DNA of 62,303 bases, the filler included. It is 7 parts of 7 records of this genome, joined end to end, with 100 filler letters (N's around TTAATTAATTAA, not from the genome) between each part and the next. Parts side by side here need not be neighbours in the genome. Positions count along the whole stretch, not along the records: positions 54,602 to 62,303 come from SRR31156797_62691; 6 more parts are not named here. The stretch is one strand, 5' to 3'. The position numbers were made by a program, and so were the translations under genes. A model generated the notes under the pieces. That model ran no database searches. It was not told the DNA's origin and was given only the letters and a program-made list of their open reading frames with translations. Positions 60,188 to 62,303 of the stretch are shown here, one piece after another. The first letter of the stretch is position 1. Each line of letters starts with the position of its first letter.

Positions 60188-60942
60188 TTCTTAACCTTTA
60201 TTCTGCCTTCCCACAGTTCTTTTCTATTGACGTATTTTCCTTCGCCCAGGTATGCGTTCCTTATTTCTTCATCGGCCAACAAGCTTTCTGACGACCCGTA
60301 TCTCTCAACCCGTCCGTTCTGGATAACATAACCTCTTTGGGCGATTCCCAGCGCCAGGGAAATATTCTGCTCCACCATGGCGATTGTGACCCCCTGATCA
60401 TTGATCAACTTGATCATCTTGATTATTTCCTTGACCAAAAGAGGGGACAGGCCCAGGGATGGTTCATCCAGCAAAAGCAATTTGGGCTCGGACACAAGAG
60501 CCCGTCCAATGGCGACCATCTGTCTTTCTCCACCCGACATATTCTTGGTTTTTTGCTTTTTCCTTGATGCTAAAAATGGAAAAAGATCGTAGACGCTTTC
60601 AATTTTATCATTTATGCCGGATTTGCCCTTTACGGCCGCGGCCCCGGCCTTTAGGTTTTCTTCGACCGTCAGGTCGTCAAAAGTATGTCGACCTTCGGGA
60701 ACGTGCGATATGCCCATCTTGACGATCCTGTGGCTGTCCATGTTTTCGATTCGTTTTGAAAGAAATTCTATTTGGCCGTAATCGACAAGTATGAAGCCGG
60801 AGATCGCTTTGAGTATGGTGCTTTTGCCCGCGCCATTGGAACCGAGTATGGCCACGATCTCCCCTTCGCCGACTTCAAGGGAAATCCCCTGCAGCGCCTT
60901 GACCCGGCCGTAATAGGTTTCGATTCCCTTTAATTTAAGCAT
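60184..60942 (-). CDS. livF: Branched-chain amino acid-type ABC ATPase
   Basis: GSNGAGKST, HVPEGR, MSGGERQM, LDEPSLGLSP, VEQN. Confidence 0.9.
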   Translation of the reverse strand: MLKLKGIETYYGRVKALQGISLEVGEGEIVAILGSNGAGKSTILKAISGFILVDYGQIEFLSKRIENMDSHRIVKMGISHVPEGRHTFDDLTVEENLKAGAAAVKGKSGINDKIESVYDLFPFLASRKKQKTKNMSGGERQMVAIGRALVSEPKLLLLDEPSLGLSPLLVKEIIKMIKLINDQGVTIAMVEQNISLALGIAQRGYVIQNGRVERYGSSESLLADEEIRNAYLGEGKYVNRKELWEGRIKVKK

Positions 60943-61708
60943 TATCGTCTTCTCCCAGGAAAATCCGTAAAACTTCGGGATCGCTTACAACCTCGCCCGG
61001 TTCTCCTATTTTAATGACATTACCGGAATCAAGGACGCATAAACGGTCGCAAATGGACTGGACAAGATTCATATCGTGTTCAACAAGAAGGATAGTACAC
61101 CCCAAATCCTCGCGGATCATCTTGATCAGCCTGGCCGTTTCCCTGGATTCCTGTTCGTTCATACCGGCTGATGGTTCATCGAGCAGCAGTAAATTCGGTT
61201 TGGCCGCCAGTGCGCGGCCGAGTTCGATCAGTTTCTGCAGGCCATATGGCAGATCCGCGACCCTTTTGGAATGAAAACGGGTTATGCCGAGGAAATCGAG
61301 AATTTTAAATGCTTCATTCTTGTCGGTTTCAAAAGCGGCTAAAAGATCCTTGGGGCGGAGGCTGCTAAGATATCGCCTCATTTTCAAACGCGGGTGAAGG
61401 CCCACCATAATGTTGTCAAGTGCCTTGGTATAGTGAAAAAGCTCCAGGTTTTGAAAGGTCCGTGCAATTCCTATCCTGGCAATTTCATGACTGCGCTTGT
61501 CGAGAAGATTCAGTTTATCCTTGTATGTGATACGCCCTCTCTGGGGTTGGTAGAGCCGGTTGACGCAATTAAAAAAAGTGCTTTTCCCCGAGCCGTTAGT
61601 GCCGATCAAGCCGAATATTTCACCCTCTTCAACGGAAAAATTAATTCCGTTTAAAGCGACAAGACCGCGAAAAGACATGAACAAATCATCCACTCGCAGG
61701 ATTTTCAT
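60935..61708 (-). CDS. livG: Branched-chain amino acid-type ABC ATPase
   Basis: GTNGSGKST, GIARTFQN, LPYG, LDEPSAGMN, VEHDM. Confidence 0.9.
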   Translation of the reverse strand: MKILRVDDLFMSFRGLVALNGINFSVEEGEIFGLIGTNGSGKSTFFNCVNRLYQPQRGRITYKDKLNLLDKRSHEIARIGIARTFQNLELFHYTKALDNIMVGLHPRLKMRRYLSSLRPKDLLAAFETDKNEAFKILDFLGITRFHSKRVADLPYGLQKLIELGRALAAKPNLLLLDEPSAGMNEQESRETARLIKMIREDLGCTILLVEHDMNLVQSICDRLCVLDSGNVIKIGEPGEVVSDPEVLRIFLGEDDNA

Positions 61709-61710
61709 AT

Positions 61711-62303
61711 CTACCTCCAGCGATAGATCCAGGCGGCTCGCCCTATTTTCCTATCATTAAAGGGGAAGGCCTTGAAATATCCCTTAATGACGGTCCAGCG
61801 GCCGTAGACTCCGTTTGGTTCAAAAACAATAAAAAAAAGGATCAATAGTCCGAAAATCAAATATTGCAGTATGGCGCCGTCGGCGCCGGCGGGAAGAAAC
61901 GCCTCGCTTAGCAGCGATATCCATTCGGGAAGAAACGTGATTAAAAGCGCCCCGATTACGGCGCCGTAAACAACTCCCATCCCGCCGATAATCAGCATTA
62001 GCAGGTAATTTATCGATATGGTGATGTTTATATCTTCCGGGCTGATCATCCCAATGATGATTCCTGTCAATGCGCCGGAAAGAGAGGCCAAAAAAGAACT
62101 GATGGCAAAAGCAAGCGCCTTGTATAAAAGCAGGTTCACGCCGCTTACTTCCGCGGCGACTTCGCTGTCCCGGATGGATGTAAAGGCTCGGCCCAATTTG
62201 CTATGCAACAGGAACCTGGAAAAAATGACGATCAGAATGACCAGTGTGTAGATAAAGTAATAGAAACCGGTCTCCCCGGAGTTTAACTTAACGAAACCAA
62301 GAT
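61711..62303 (-). CDS. livM: Branched-chain amino acid-type ABC permease, 5'-truncated
   Basis: SKLGRAFTSIRDSEVAA..GVN..YKALAF, IIGGMG..GAVIGA, FEPNGVYGRW. Confidence 0.88.
   Translation of the reverse strand, partial: LGFVKLNSGETGFYYFIYTLVILIVIFSRFLLHSKLGRAFTSIRDSEVAAEVSGVNLLLYKALAFAISSFLASLSGALTGIIIGMISPEDINITISINYLLMLIIGGMGVVYGAVIGALLITFLPEWISLLSEAFLPAGADGAILQYLIFGLLILFFIVFEPNGVYGRWTVIKGYFKAFPFNDRKIGRAAWIYRWR

Noticed and set aside
1-62303. CRISPR array, rRNA or tRNA genes
   Set aside because: No regularly spaced repeat-spacer series or recognisable structural RNA was found by eye; a covariance-model search was not possible

Overview
The window is not one locus. It is seven unrelated contigs joined by 100-nt artificial spacers (N-runs around TTAATTAATTAA); taxon labels below are inferred from gene content and base composition. 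(1) 1-5019: AT-rich Firmicute (Enterococcus-like) cassette with an XRE regulator and four secreted pre-pro-proteins, whose first and last 30 bp are identical. (2) 5120-10479: Bacteroidota-like terpenoid operon (radical SAM, DUF116-polyprenyl synthase fusion, prenyltransferase-repeat protein, squalene-hopene cyclase-like protein) plus an M23 peptidase. (3) 10580-21676: deltaproteobacterial beta-propeller protein, two paralogous surface proteins, a REP-associated Y1 transposase, a frameshifted MFS gene, an internally deleted pyruvate kinase and an MCP fragment. (4) 21777-30637: Methanosarcinaceae mfnB-cdc48 region with an accessory insert (DUF4386, DsrE, AbrB/PemK toxin-antitoxin) carrying degenerate copies of the flanking genes. 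(5) 30738-47879: Desulfobacterales ynjBCD-ynjF-like operon, a two-component pair, and a MarR-controlled methyltransferase/MMPL-LolA-like fusion/DUF1302 cluster with four visible operators. (6) 47980-54501: very AT-rich bacterium with a SnoaL-like lipoprotein, MCP, CHASE4-SpoIIE protein and pgi. (7) 54602-62303: Desulfobacterales liv-type ABC transporter, acyl-CoA ligase and isochorismatase, followed by a radical SAM-HD-GYP-like fusion overlapping a divergent nucleoside-diphosphate-kinase-like gene. That last pair is the best candidate for an undescribed, possibly nucleotide-modifying, system. The terpenoid operon and the repeat-bounded Firmicute cassette are the next best candidates.
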